From assembly GCA_905178155.1 (NCBI GenBank), contig CAJINV010000014.1, forward strand, positions 1,691,984-1,755,983: DNA of 64,000 bases, written 5' to 3'. Shown one piece after another: positions 24,319 to 36,801 of this stretch; within the stretch, counting starts at the first letter, position 1, and each line of letters starts with the position of its first letter. The notes below the pieces were generated by a model. It had not been told where the DNA came from. It searched no databases and was given only the letters and a program-made list of their open reading frames with translations. Both the position numbers and the translations under genes were made by a program. The DNA comes from Amoebophrya sp. A120. Taxonomy: Eukaryota; Protista; Dinoflagellata.

Positions 24319-27300
24319 TCAGGCATTGACATTGAGCAGCGCTTGGATTTCCGCCAAAATACTGCGGGGAGCAGCTGGCGACAAAGGGCGTCCTGGCTGA
24401 TGGGGGGCGGATGGCCGCGGAGATTCGCCATCGTGTTGTCCCGCTCCAGAAGTAAGCGCAGATAGTGCTCCACCTCCGTGATGATCACTTCGTGAGGAAG
24501 ACCCGCCCCCAATCATGAAGCTGCGCGACGACCTGGAAGCACTTACGGGCGTAACGACTGCGCTCGGGTCCGTGTTTCGCATCAAAATCAAGCGCTGGCC
24601 CAGAAACCGCATGTGAATCCGCTTCAGCAGCCACTTTGTCCAGGAACGGTAAGTGTTCGTGTTTTTGGTCGAGGCACCACGAGCTGCTGCACCTTCAGGT
24701 TGTGCTGCTGCTCCACAGCACCTCCTTTCCAAGAAGAAGACCCGCAGAGCTGCTTGCGCTTGTCTCTGAAAAATTTTTTCCTCCAGAAAGTTCTTCGCGA
24801 GGACTTTTGCGCTCATCGCGTCATAGGGCTGTCCGAAGTGCAGGTAGTCCAAAAAGTTGTCTTGCTCCGCGTTAAAGTTTTCCAGAAAAGCGCGATCGGT
24901 CTTTAGTGCGGCGTTTTGCGTTTTTCTGGCCTCCAGCCGGATCGGGACTTTTATCACGCGTTTAATGGACAAGTCCAAGCTTCCTTGTCGGACGAGGTTG
25001 AAGCGGGTCACAATCGTGCACACGATAGAGTTCAGCTCACCTGCTTTCAGCACCGGCACGGGACTTGCGTTTTCGTCGCCTTTTTTGAATAGTAAGCCAA
25101 AATTTGCATCTTTTTTTCATTTTCATAGCGAAATAGCTGTTATTTTTTCTTTAGCATGAGAACAAGGACAAGCGCGTCTGTAGGGCGCACCAAAAAGCGA
25201 CATGATCATGCCTCCACGTCGGCTACAGAAAGCACGTGAGAGGTGGAGCACTCAATTTTCTGTAACATATAGACAACGAAAGGAAGGATACGAATAGCGA
25301 TTATAGCCAAAAATCTAAACATCTTTGATCCCGTCAAGAAAGGTAACACAGGAGCTAGATGCATGTCGTCTTGTATAATTTTGCTCCCGACTTCTACTTC
25401 CAGTCCATCCAATTTACGCAACTATGTGAGACAGCGCGAGGCCAACGTCAGCTCTTGTTGTACTATATACTTTGCAACTTACATACTATACCTGTGCTGC
25501 GCAACAGCGGTTCCCTCGATTCAGGGATCTGTGGAAGAGGCGTAGCGTCCTGTGCCTGCTGTTCAAGAAACAGTCGTAAATTGCGCATGATGGTCTGGTC
25601 AGGTGTTCCGAGGGCTCTCGCACTTTCAAGATATCCCGCATAACCACGTACTCGTCGGCCCAACCCTAGATTCTTACGAGTAGAAGTCAAGCTTCTAGAG
25701 ACTGCGCTACATAAAGAATGATCCGAAGGCCTCTTTCTTTATGGCTCTCGTCGCGTCTCACAATCGATTTGCATTTGGAAGCCCCGTGGTGTTTTTTAGC
25801 TCATGACATAATCATAATGCCGAATCGCGAAGAACAACAATGCCTTCGGCCTGATATCTCAGCATACTCAAGTTGTCAAGCGATGAAATGCAAATCAGTC
25901 GAAAATGCTGCTCAATATCATGGGGAGGAGCGTGCGCCACTTTATTTATAGACACTACCGCAGGCGAAGCATGCAATACCTGACTAGCATGACGTCAAAT
26001 CTGGGGAAGAGGTGGGTACGCTTTTACACGGGGTACGATGGCATTCTTCACCCGCATCGCAAAATGCGTTTTCTCCAAAGCCTATCAGAGTGCACAACTC
26101 TTCCCCCAAAATGATTCCCTCATATTTCTAATGCTGAATAACAAGAAAAACAAAAAGTCGAGACCTTGCTTCTGAGCGATGTAGCCTGCACGAGAACGTT
26201 TGGAACTACCGGATTTTTGGTGATCATTGCTGCTATTGCTCCTTGTTCTTAATATTATTATTACGCGTTCCGAACTAATAAATAAAAAGGGTACTTACTT
26301 AGCGGGAGCAGAGGGTGGCAGAGTTCTAGTGCACTCTCATAAAGCCCTCTGCACGGTCTCCGGATGACTGTCTTCCAGCGCGACCTCCAGAACCTCAATG
26401 TCGATATAAACGTCGTTACCCGCGGCTCCAGCTTCCTGATCCTGCTGGTGTTGGGAAAAATCAATATATGCCGCACGACCAGCCGGGGTCGAGCTCGCGG
26501 CACCGAATTCCGATGCCCCACTGTAGAACCCATAGGACCCCGGGGTCCCAGGACGGGACGCAGCAGCGGAAGCATACGGCGGATCTTCGTGGTGTTCTTC
26601 ATCCTGAGCTGCAAAGTAGCGCGGCGCTACATCTTCGTCCTCGTCTTCGGGGCTCGAGCTATCATCCCCTGGCCGCACCACGGCGTCAAAGATATCGGCT
26701 AGCTTGATTAAGCCTTTCTGCGGATCGTAGCCAAAAACGGACTTCACTGAGCTCGAGGCCCCGCCCGAGGGCACTAGCTGTGCGTCCTGCTCCGAGGATC
26801 CGCTGCCACTGCTCTCGGTTTTGCTCCTGTTGCGAGCATAATTTGCAGAGGCAGACCGGATTCGTCGGGGATCGCGTTGCTTCCCGCGAGAAGCCGCTCT
26901 GTCGCCCGCCAAGCTCGTCGACCTGCGGCCAGTGCATATGCAAGAAAAAAACAGTGTATGGTCTAAGCCTATGTTCTTGATACGAGAAGCAAAAAAACAT
27001 AAAACAGGAATGATGCGTTTGCGATGCTGGTAATGTACACCCGCAGGGCCGCCCCCTTACGTAGGTTTTCACGCACATCAACTAGCTTTGCATGACAAGT
27101 CGTCGCTTTCGTGCACCAGCAACACAGATATGCATGCTGTTCTATCAAAGGAGTCTTTACGCACTTAGTAGACACACTTTTTTTCAGCACCGGAGATATT
27201 GCTGCCTTGTCGAGAGCTACTTCTACTGCGCGAGCGAAGCAATTTCTTGTCCTTTTTCCCTCCCGATCTGCTTTGCGCTCGCCGCGACGCCACCGAAGAT

Positions 27301-30300
27301 GAGGCTCTGTCCTCTCGCCGGCGGGGACCACGCTCAGCGCGGCCGCGGGATAGTGGCGTCTGGTCCCCCAGGTCGACGTCGGGCCGTTGGGCTTGCGCAG
27401 CGGAGAGTGGAGCTGCGCTTCTGACGCGACTCGCCGAGCGACGTTTTCCGCTCTTGGAACGGTGTCGGGACCTACTTTTTTCAGAGGACTTTCCTTTTCG
27501 GGCCCTCCTCAGCATTTGAACATGTGCTTCCACGCGGGCGCGCTCTGCTTCTCCTGCGCGCGCCTCCTCTGCTTCTCGCTGCCGGGCCTCTTCTTGTTCA
27601 CTCCTTACGCTCTCCAGCGCAGCTTCTCTCATTTTTCTTCGCATGTCCATTTCCACCTCTTTTTGCCGCTGTTGCTTCAGGTGATCCGCTTGCTTTTTCA
27701 GGTCTTCTTGCAATCTCTCCTCCTCCTCATCTTTCGTCATTTGCAGGGCTTCGGCCTCGGAGAATACCCGCATGACGGGATCGTCGACAGACCGTGCAGA
27801 TCTTGCGGGGCTTGGGGCGCGCGGCTTCTTCGCGGCGGCGCGTCGCTCTTGCTGGGTCCTCGTCTTTGCTCCACCCTTAGAAGGCAGTTTAGCTGCAGGA
27901 GTGCTGTCAGTGCCGATAGCTGTTGCGCCGCCACTGCCGGCTGTTGATGAATTGAGACCGGATGATGCAGCTGCACTTTGCGGCCCCTGTTGCAGTGCAT
28001 CAAAAAACCCGGCGTTTTGCGTGACAAAATCGCCTTCGACGCGGTCACGATCCTTCGGCAAAATAGAAACTGCGCCATCTTGTCGTTCGGGAATAGGACC
28101 TTCCTGCTCACTTGACGCTGCTTCAAAAAAAATGTCGTATCCTTCTTCTTTGAGGCGCTTCGCTTGCTTCTCCTTTTCCTGCTCAAATCGCCCCGAAGTC
28201 TGTGTCCGCAGGCCCTGCTGTCGTGCAATGACCGACGTCCGCATCGTGTTTATTTCCCGTGATAACAAAGTGATCATCGACAAGATATCGCAGGAAAAAG
28301 ATTATTTGAACTGCGTAAAGATAAGAAGTGTAGCTTTGTTGTCTTACTCGCCTTATTATTTGCATCCACCTTCACCTGACAGGGAGAGGAGACTTCTTTT
28401 TGCTTGCATAAACAGAGGAGTGGCCGCAAGATGCCCATGCGCGTCGCTAGTTGTATCTGCTCTACTTGTTCAAAACTACAAACACATCTGAAGACAAGAG
28501 CACTCTGTGGCTGTCTCGTACGACACGCGCAGTCGGAATGAATCGCGTTCTTGGACATGTCTCATATAAGACGAACTCGAAATGCGTTTCAACAGAGCTA
28601 GTACAAGCTACACTAACTCTATACATAGTTCATCATTTGTTTTCTTGGATACAAAACCCCCGTACTGTAGAACTTTCGTGCAGGACCCTCGACTTCTTTC
28701 CTCGCACCAGGTGACGTGGCAAGCTGCTCTTGCATCAACTCAGCAACCGTATTCCGCAGCGCCCCCAGATGGGACGTCGCGTGCTGGCTCAGTGTTTCAG
28801 CTTCGCGGCACAGCAGTTCGGTCGCGTGAAGGTTGTGCGAGTCGAGAATCTTATCCAGTTTTGCTTTCGCGTCTGCGGCAAGGGCGGCAGCGCGCTTTTT
28901 CCTCGCTGTGACGCCATCGTCGCTCGCGAACTCCCCTTTCTTTTTTGATGCTGTAGCTGAAATTTTCACGATAGGCATGGGATGAGAAGAAGAAGAAGAT
29001 GAAGCTGCTGCCACCCTCACCGGCAAACCAAGGGCGAGGGACGCTTTTTGAAGGTCTGCCAGGAGCGAGCATTGGTTGGCAAAAAGGCTTGCGCGCCGCT
29101 CCCAGGTCTGCCACAGCTGCATAATGTCGGTAACAAAAGCATGTGGCTGCAATTCTCGTGCGGTCGGAAATCCGTCCTGCGTTGCAGCTCCTTCCGCGTT
29201 CTTGTCCTCCGCTAACATCTCAGCTAATGCAGAGAAGCAAAGATTACCATCGACGGTAACTATCGGACGGCCGAACGTGTACTAGCGAAGTAGTCTTGAG
29301 AGAAGATTTACTTCGTGATCTACGACACTTGAATTGATGTGAGGTCAGCGGTCTGAGAAAAAGTCAGACAAAAAATGCTGTGGAATAACGTCGAAGACAG
29401 GTTCTCGAAAATCTCATCGTAGTATCATGCGAAATACAATAAATGTTCAGAATTACAGCTCAGGAACCTTCTTGCACACTCCTATACGATGGCGAGGATC
29501 GCTTTATTAAATCCGTATAAAAGATACAAACTACACACAACTTACAACATAAAATCACTGCTTCATGACAAATATGATCGAAAATCATAATCTCAAGACT
29601 TCCTTGCTGCCATACTGCATCAAGTGTGCGACGCTATCCGTTTCCACTTGGCGCAACAACTTCAGCACGAACTCCTCTTTCAAGCCCGCACTCAAGGCGG
29701 CGCTCCGTCCTCGTCCCTGCGCGGTGATCATATCCTGAGTAAAGACGTACCTCCCCTCCACCCATAGCGAAGATGAGAATTCTTCTGCAAGACAAATCAC
29801 AAAGGCCCTCTGAAAGATTCGCATGACAAATTCCGATCCCACGTACGGTGCGTAGTGGTCGGGATTAGCTTGCGTAGCCGCGCCGCCAGAAATCCACCTC
29901 CAAAGTTCCATGGCATTATATATCAATATCTAAACTACACCACAAGAGCCACTACATACAGAATGCTTCTCATGGAGCTCCTGCGCATGAGAGGACACTA
30001 CATTCTGGGTATCTATGCGGATTTTTGGCATGAGATGGTTTTGGGTGCTGGGTATTCTTTACACAGCGTAAGCGACTCGCGACAGCAGCGCTTTCTTCGT
30101 CAGGACGCCCAGCCGGGCGGCGTAAAACTGCAGATCGAGTAAGTGCCACTCTAATTCCTCAAATTTCGAGACGTCTTCGCCGGAAATGAGCTTTTGGTAT
30201 CCTTTATGCATTGCAAAAGAGATGAGACGTTTCGTACTAGGTTGTACCTATGTATAAACTGCGTATACGAAAAATTCACTCTTTCGAATGGAAAATAATA

Positions 30301-33300
30301 TAGACAAAAGTTGCAAAGATGTTGACTGACCTACTTAGAAAGCCAGACTTGATGTCATGCAGCTGTATTGATGGCATTGCAAGTACTACGAGAGCGCTCC
30401 AATTTTTGCAGAGCATATTCTTCCTTCGCAAACACCTGCTTCCACATTTCTTGTCTCGGTTTCACGAACTTTGCCACGTAATTTTCTGGCGGGTTCGAGA
30501 GCTTCGCTGCCCGATTCGGAAAGAGAAACTTTTCGGGGGTGTTACTCTCCAAGTACTCAAAGGCCGCGAGCAGTCTGTCCTTCCTGTATGATAGTGGACA
30601 AATCACGACCCCTAGGACCTCTACTTCCTCGTTTTTTTGAACAGGGGCATGTCTACCAACAGAGAGGAAGGCTGTAGAATACAGCTTCTGCATGCCTGAA
30701 TTCCCACCAAGCCCAGACTGTGTTTGCAGTTTGTAACTCAGAAACTTGCACTTGGTGGCGGTGGGATCTTTTTGCATAATTTTGATTTTGCGTAAACAAT
30801 GAGGGGCACCAGACGGGGGACCGCGACGAGTTGTCCGCTATCATATCCTGCTGATCAGCAACCGAGCGTGATCGTGCATCAGCCGCAAACGGTTTTCCTT
30901 TAGCTCTAGCACACTGACGGCCAGTGGCGGAACGTCCTTGTCCTTGTGGTTGGAGGGCTCAAATAAATCCCTTCCCGCCATAGGGACACCAGATTCCCGG
31001 TTCTGCTTCGTCTCGAAAGCGGCTTCAATCCCATCTGTCGCAAGTTTGACGAGCATCGGCAAAAGAACCGACGCATCACGCTTCTTGCTCCCCGCCGGAG
31101 GTCCGGCTTTGCGGATAGCGGCCATCTGTTCTTGTATTTTTTGCAAGACAACTGTGTGGATGAGGTCGCTTGAAAGCTGAAACAACTCGAGAAACACTAC
31201 TGAAGCCCAGGTCAAACATAGCACCTCCTGCGGATACAGTCCTTCGGAGAAAAAAGAGAGTCCTTTGGTGGACGGACCAGATGGCTCCAGCAGCGCAATA
31301 CGCAGAACGTCGCCTACCGATGCAACTATGGGGAGGATGACTTTCTCCTTCAGTTTCCGTGCCACGCGGAGCTGCATGAGCTCCGCGACCCGTGCCTCTG
31401 TAGTCGACAAAGAGCGGCCGCCCTCCGGGAATAGTGCAAAAAACCCTCTACGGTGCCCCGCGTGCCTCATCTTGTCCACATAAGCCGGCACATCCCAAAA
31501 CAGGGCCGGAAACAGAAAGCGCGTGAGCTCCTCCGCGAGTAATGCCGGCCTCATGGTCAAGCGGAAATAAGGTCGTGGCTCCTGGGCATACAGCCGTTCA
31601 GGCTTCGCAGGGGTAGCAACGCCGGAAGCTGCAACCAACTTTCCCCCGCTAGAGCGACGACCGCCGGAAGGAGCGCTCTCTTGATGCTCGAGTTCCTGCC
31701 AGAAGTGCCAACGCCCAAGTGCGTACTTGGCAAACTCTTCGAACAATTTGGCCGCGCCGGTGGGAGGTTGCTCCGTCGTCTTCCTGGGCGCTGGATCTCT
31801 CACGGTCAAGGCCTGAAAGTTGCCATTTCGCGTGCTATCCAGGTGCTCGTCGAAAAAAGCCGTTTGTGTATAGGCGACGTCATCAATCCAGTGCGTCTGC
31901 CACCGCTGGGCCATGGCAGCAAAATCGCCTTTAATTGTGACTTGCGGCGACGTCTGCCCGTCTTGGCTTCTCTGTGGCGAGGATCCCTCTTCCCGAGGAG
32001 GAGCCCCAGCACTTCTTCCAAACGGCTCGCTACTGTCGTCCGGTGCTGGCGTAAGACTTTGCAACAAAAAATCTGAGTCGTCAAGCAGCGTGTTCGCGAA
32101 AAGGAGTTCATTTTTGTCGTCGTTGACCTCATCTAGGCGGTCGAGCGAAGGAGCAAAAACCTGGATCACCTGCAAATGTTGCCGTGGGCCGACGACCTCT
32201 GTCGGTGGCAAGTGCTTCTGCGGGCGCCCATGAAGAGGACAAAAAGTCAGGGGCTCTGCAGGACAAAAATCCACGCCGAGAAAGTCGGCGAAGAGGGCCA
32301 ACCGCCAAAAGATCGGACTGATGAGAAGATTACTGACATGCTCCCTCTGTAGTTGCCGAAGAGTGGCAGCGTTAGCCAGCGGCCTCTGCAACAGCGGCAA
32401 CAAAGCCTCACTGACCACTTTGGGAAGTCGGTCTACATCTTCCAGCGCAAACGCCCGACTGCGCCGCAGCTCTTGCCGGTACGTGCGGAACAGGTTCGCG
32501 ATGTCTTTATGAAGGTTTCAGTGATGGAAACTCGTCAAAATGGATGAAGTATGCTTGCCTTATTTGCCTTGTTTGTCACGCATAGAATAGAAATATTACC
32601 AATACATCAGTGATAAGCTTGACTTGGAAGACACGGACAGACACAGAAGTAAAAGGCGCATACGCGAATGATTTTGTTGGCGTGCCCAGAGAAAATCTGT
32701 CATGACCTCCAGAGCGCGTGGCCAGCATGGTTTATGATGCCAATCAGCAATGAAAACTCACTAAGCAGGCCTAGCAGCAGATGAAGAATCATCTGGCAAA
32801 ATTAGAATTACTACCTCCCATGCTTCTGTAAACTAATAACCTGGGAACTCTCACTCACACTGTACTACCCTGCGTCCCATTTCACACCATGCAAGTCAAC
32901 ATTTTCACTTCGTCGATTTCCCACCTGACCCCTCCGTAGTCTTCTTGTGCATCATACAGACCATGTATCTTTTCGTTGCCCAGCTCCGCGGTTCGTGCGC
33001 AGGTGTTGCTGTTTTTCCAGAGCTCGACATAAGATTTTGTTTTTTGACCGGATTCGTGGTCCGCACGACAGGTCGCAGCGGCAGCGGAAGTGCCACTTTC
33101 AAACGGTAAGGCAAGCGCGCCCGCCCACTTGAGCTCTCGAAGGGTGTGGAAAAGCGTTTTTGCTTTTTGTCTGTCTCCCTTTCTAACGGCCAAAGCTGCA
33201 GCATTAAGAAAAGCGTATCCTCCGACCTTGTCGAATTTCTGGCTTTCCAAAGACACCTGCCGGTCGCTGTACGCATCAGCAAGATTGCGGGCAGCAGAGG

Positions 33301-35069
33301 GTAGAAACATCGGGTACTTCGTATTCGAACCGTGCACACTGCTCAGGGCCCGCGCCTGGTCAGTTTTGCGTCCACTAGTCTGATAAGCACCGAAGCCATT
33401 AATGCCTTCCATGTGCCCGTGACTGAAATATTTGTCCAAACCCATGTGAGCCCACAGCGACAGCTGTTCGTCTACTAGGTGTATGCACTGCAAATATGTC
33501 CAGATCTGGAAGTCAAAGTCATGCACAATTTGCGAATGCGCAGCATCTACCTTTAGAAGCTTGCGGGCCGTAGCATGAGAGGTAGCTTCCTATTAAACGC
33601 CTTTTCTTCTCCTGTAGGACGAATCGCCTACTTGCGCATCTTCGACCGACTTAAAAGTTCCTATAGCCGTTTACTTTTGTTTCGTTTTTCTGATTGCTTT
33701 CAGCGTGCAATTATACAGGTTCTTCTAGAAATTATCGTTATGTCGCTGCCCAGAAGATGTTGTGCTGCTAGCATCAGCATCACAAACTCGCACTCATTCT
33801 TCCAGACATCCGAAATTTTTGGTATTTGCAATGCATAACCGGTACGGTAAGCAACCGGGTTAACAGCTCGTCGCGAAACTCCATGCTACCTTGCAGCGCG
33901 ACCACAACTTCTTCCTCTGTGGAGTGCTTCTCGATCGCCAGGCGCGCAATCAGAGCAGGGTTGTTAGTACTGGGGTCGGCTTTGTCCTCGTCGGCAGCAG
34001 AATCAGCAGCCTTCACTTCTGCCGGCCATAGGTTCAAGAACGTCTCATCTGCCGACGACCGGTACTCGACTCCCCCCCGTGCTGCCGGACCTTCCGTGAT
34101 TTCTTGCGCCTGTGGAACGAGCCGGTCCCGCCGTTTGTCTTTCTTGAATATCCGCGTGACCCTTTGCAGCGTTTGGTCTGGGCCCGGCTGCGAAGCAGTA
34201 CCTTTGGGGAGTGATTCACTCACACGCGTGCGCACGTGTTCATCCATGATAAATTCCTTGGTCGGGCGGATGAAGGCTTTCAAGGATGACGTTTCGCCCC
34301 GCGTGGCGCGGACCAGTGCTTCGTCCTCGTTCATGCGCTCGGCGTTGCCTTTCAGCCACTCCCGGGTGTACTCGTGCAGATTAGCTAATGGGTCCAACCC
34401 AAGCGTCGTATCTGTCATAGCGCTCTTCAGCGAGTCTCCTTCTAAGGCGTCGGCAAGCACATCCACCTCGGCCTGCGACCACGTCCTGCTTCTACGCACC
34501 AGAACCTCGAGCGCGTCTTCGCTCAACGAGTCCCGCAAGGCCCGCAAATCGTTCGCCAACAGAGCACTGTACGTCGCCCGCTTGGCACTGTGGTCTTCGA
34601 TGCTGCTGATCAAATTTGCCGACGCGGCAGTCACAGCATTGGATGAAATGAACTGGGCGGCACCGCCGGCAGGGGTGGAGGTCATAATATGGTCACTCTG
34701 GAGGTCCTGCTGAGGTGCAGCCAAAACGGCGCTCGCAATTCCAGTTCCGTCACGACGACCTCCATGCACTGCGATCGCCCTTCGTTGTTGCGAGGATGCA
34801 GCAGCTGCAAGAGCGCCGTGAATGATGGTGATCTGCACCCCTGCCGCAGCGCAAAATAAGAAAACGCGCCGGCAGCTGCGACTGCAAGAAAGTAGAGCGG
34901 AATAAGCGGGCAGAGAGGTAGTGGCCCTGTGGGCCGCTGCTACTTCTACTTGGGGGGCGTTTTCATTTTTCGGGTTGCAGTTGTGGAGGTGCAGCACGGG
35001 GCGGGAGACTTTTCCGCTACAGGCGGGATGACCTCTGCCGTTGCCCATCATCAACGAGGAGACTGGCAT
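24319..35069 (-). CDS. Large hypothetical protein (~2420 aa; helical and low-complexity regions; ~10 introns, mostly element-derived)
   Basis: ORFs 33780-35141, 32882-33526, 30841-32418, 30355-30777, 29585-29926, 28619-29218, 27165-28283, 26337-26912, 25463-25690 and 24319-25059 chain in frame; spliced length 7275 nt; no family recognised. Confidence 0.7.
25632..26035. mobile_element. Decayed TIR introner, family E
   Basis: tatcccgcataaccacgtac vs taccccgtgtaaaagcgtac; flanks CAAGA/CGATG; joins KNAI|ESARAL. Confidence 0.7.
26083..26341. mobile_element. TIR introner, family F (259 bp)
   Basis: tat(c/g)agagtgcac TIR; perfect TSD AAGCC; joins QRAL|EKTHF. Confidence 0.92.
26937..27198. mobile_element. 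Decayed TIR introner (262 bp)
   Basis: tatgcaag...ggagata; flanks GTGCA/TTGCT; joins QGSN|GRRSTS. Confidence 0.75.
28286..28651. mobile_element. TIR introner (366 bp)
   Basis: tatcgcaggaaaa / ttttcttggata; flanks CAAGA/CAAAA; joins TGVL|SMITLL. Confidence 0.85.
29278..29614. mobile_element. Heavily decayed element-like intron (boundaries approximate; not counted among the 44)
   Basis: Residual inverted agtcttgaga; removal of 342 nt keeps the frame; no TSD left. Confidence 0.45.
29917..30372. other. Non-canonical intron with flanking direct repeat ATGGCATT (boundaries approximate; not counted among the 44)
   Basis: Joins TCNA|MELWRW; no GT-AG; short residual inverted atcaata. Confidence 0.55.
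30587..30845. mobile_element. TIR introner (259 bp)
   Basis: tatgatag-ggacaa TIR; perfect TSD TCCTG; joins ISR|KDRLL. Confidence 0.93.
32508..32938. mobile_element. TIR introner, family A-like (431 bp)
   Basis: tatgaagg...cctgacccctccgta; perfect TSD GTCTT; joins AQED|IANLF. Confidence 0.88.
33590..33839 (-). other. GT-AG intron retaining one introner-type end
   Basis: Minus strand GTtatgcattgcaaatac...ttaatAG joins TVP|EATSH in frame. Confidence 0.6.
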
Positions 35070-35700
35070 TGTTTGATTACTGCTACTTAATTCTAATTGT
35101 GGGTGTGATCGCAGGAGCCTTGTCGTTTTCTTTAACAACAATCACCAAACAGCCAACCCAACAACCTCACGTTAACGTTTTGATTTTTCCCAAGCTGTTC
35201 TTTTTTTTTTGGCGGCTTTTTTTAGTTATCCGAGAGGAGTGCTGAAAGAAAAAGATGATTTGAAATTTTATAAATATAAGGCGCTCCTTGAGCAAAGGTT
35301 TACAACGGAGATACATGAATATAGAATATGAGTTTCAAAATGCTTGTTCTTGTGCCTCTACGCGTAACATCAACTAATTTCGACAGAGCTAACACTCGTG
35401 AATGCTTTGGATGACAACTATCCACCAGCACGTATTTGATTCTATTTGGGTCGATGCTCGTCAGCTACACCTTCTGCTTAGCAGCTACGAAACATTACGC
35501 TGTGCAACAGATACGTCAATGCTAGTGTATTCTGTGGCCGTGTGTCGCTCGTTGTTAGCTATTCAGGGTTGTTCTTTGGATCGAAGATTTTTGGGGATCA
35601 ACCAACGCAACAGGATAATACATGCAACGTGTTTGATATGCTGTGTCACAACTTCTACTTCTGCCTCGAGGGATACAATTCGAATTCAGCTTTTCACAAT

Positions 35701-35806
35701 TTCTTTGCCAGTGCAACCGACTTCTTTGCTAGTGCAACTTTTCGGAGCAGCCGACTTCTTTGCTAGTGCAACTTTTCGGAGCAGCCGACTTCTTTGCTAG
35801 TGCAAC
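35701..35806. repeat. Intergenic 34-bp tandem repeat (~2.6 units plus a partial copy)
   Basis: Unit gccgacttctttgctagtgcaacttttcggagca. Confidence 0.9.
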
Positions 35807-36801
35807 CATTCATCTTGTTATTAGCGGTGGTCTTCTATAGAGCTGAGATTCGGTATGAAGATCGGTGCAGATGTGATCCAGATCTCAACACTTGTCCCTC
35901 GCAGCGTGCATCATTTCTCGTTTTATTTGCCGCGTACCGATTCTTTTTTCTCTGGAGGATCGATGGAAATCTAGTCTATGGTTGAATACAACAGAACGTA
36001 AGAGACAAATTTTATTTACACGAATGATCACAGTGGCATCGTCCACCCATTTGGCTGAGTGCGAGTGCCAACACCTGCAGATGACTGTTACCCCTGGCTG
36101 CACGTCGGTTCGATGCTCACTGCCAGGGTTTTTTCCTGGTTGCCTTCTCGAAAAATCAAGGGAAAAGAAAACTGAAATAAACGAAGTACTGAAAAAGAAA
36201 AGAGCTATTCTTTCATCATCTGTGGCTTTGCACTAACGCTATCACTATCAGTCTGTTGCTGAAGTGAGATGTGAGCTTATTGTCCCCATTCGACGAAAAA
36301 GTCATCGGTATGCATAGCAGGTCAAACATCTTTGCTTCTGTTGAAGCTTGACCGACGAGCGAAGTTTTCACAGGAAGAACTCAAGAGCTATTTCTTATCC
36401 GTTTTACTGTACAGGCTTTGCTGGTTCTATGCAATTCAAGGCAGGCTAACTTTCGGTGCTCGTGGTGACAAACCTAATTTACAAAGTGATAATCATATCA
36501 ACTGTCGTAGCTGCTCCTGCTCGTCTACATTTAGATCATAGCGCTTGCTCTTTCAGATAGTAATAGATACTTTTCAACAAAGATCGTCAAAGTCAAAATG
36601 GACAAACACGCACCAGTGTGGACAGTGTGCTGTGCCAGAAGTACTCACTAACGGAAGTTGTAAATCGTCGAAAAGAAAAAAAAAATGCGGCTGGTACTCG
36701 CGCTCGTTGTCTTTGGTGCCGCGGTTCACTACTACGTGTACTAAATCTTTTGAACAAAAACTAAAACCACGGCAACATAAGACATACATAGACATCGGCC
36801 T

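Noticed and set aside
30778-30845. Stop-codon readthrough or a reassigned genetic code between same-frame ORFs
   Set aside because: The stops lie inside element 30587-30845; spliced models need no recoding
33826-34713. Long plus-strand ORFs (also 52085-52942, 27772-28491, 18662-19333)
   Set aside because: Antisense shadows of GC-rich minus-strand genes
35701-35806. CRISPR-like repeat array
   Set aside because: Intervening sequences are identical rather than unique spacers; no cas genes; eukaryotic context
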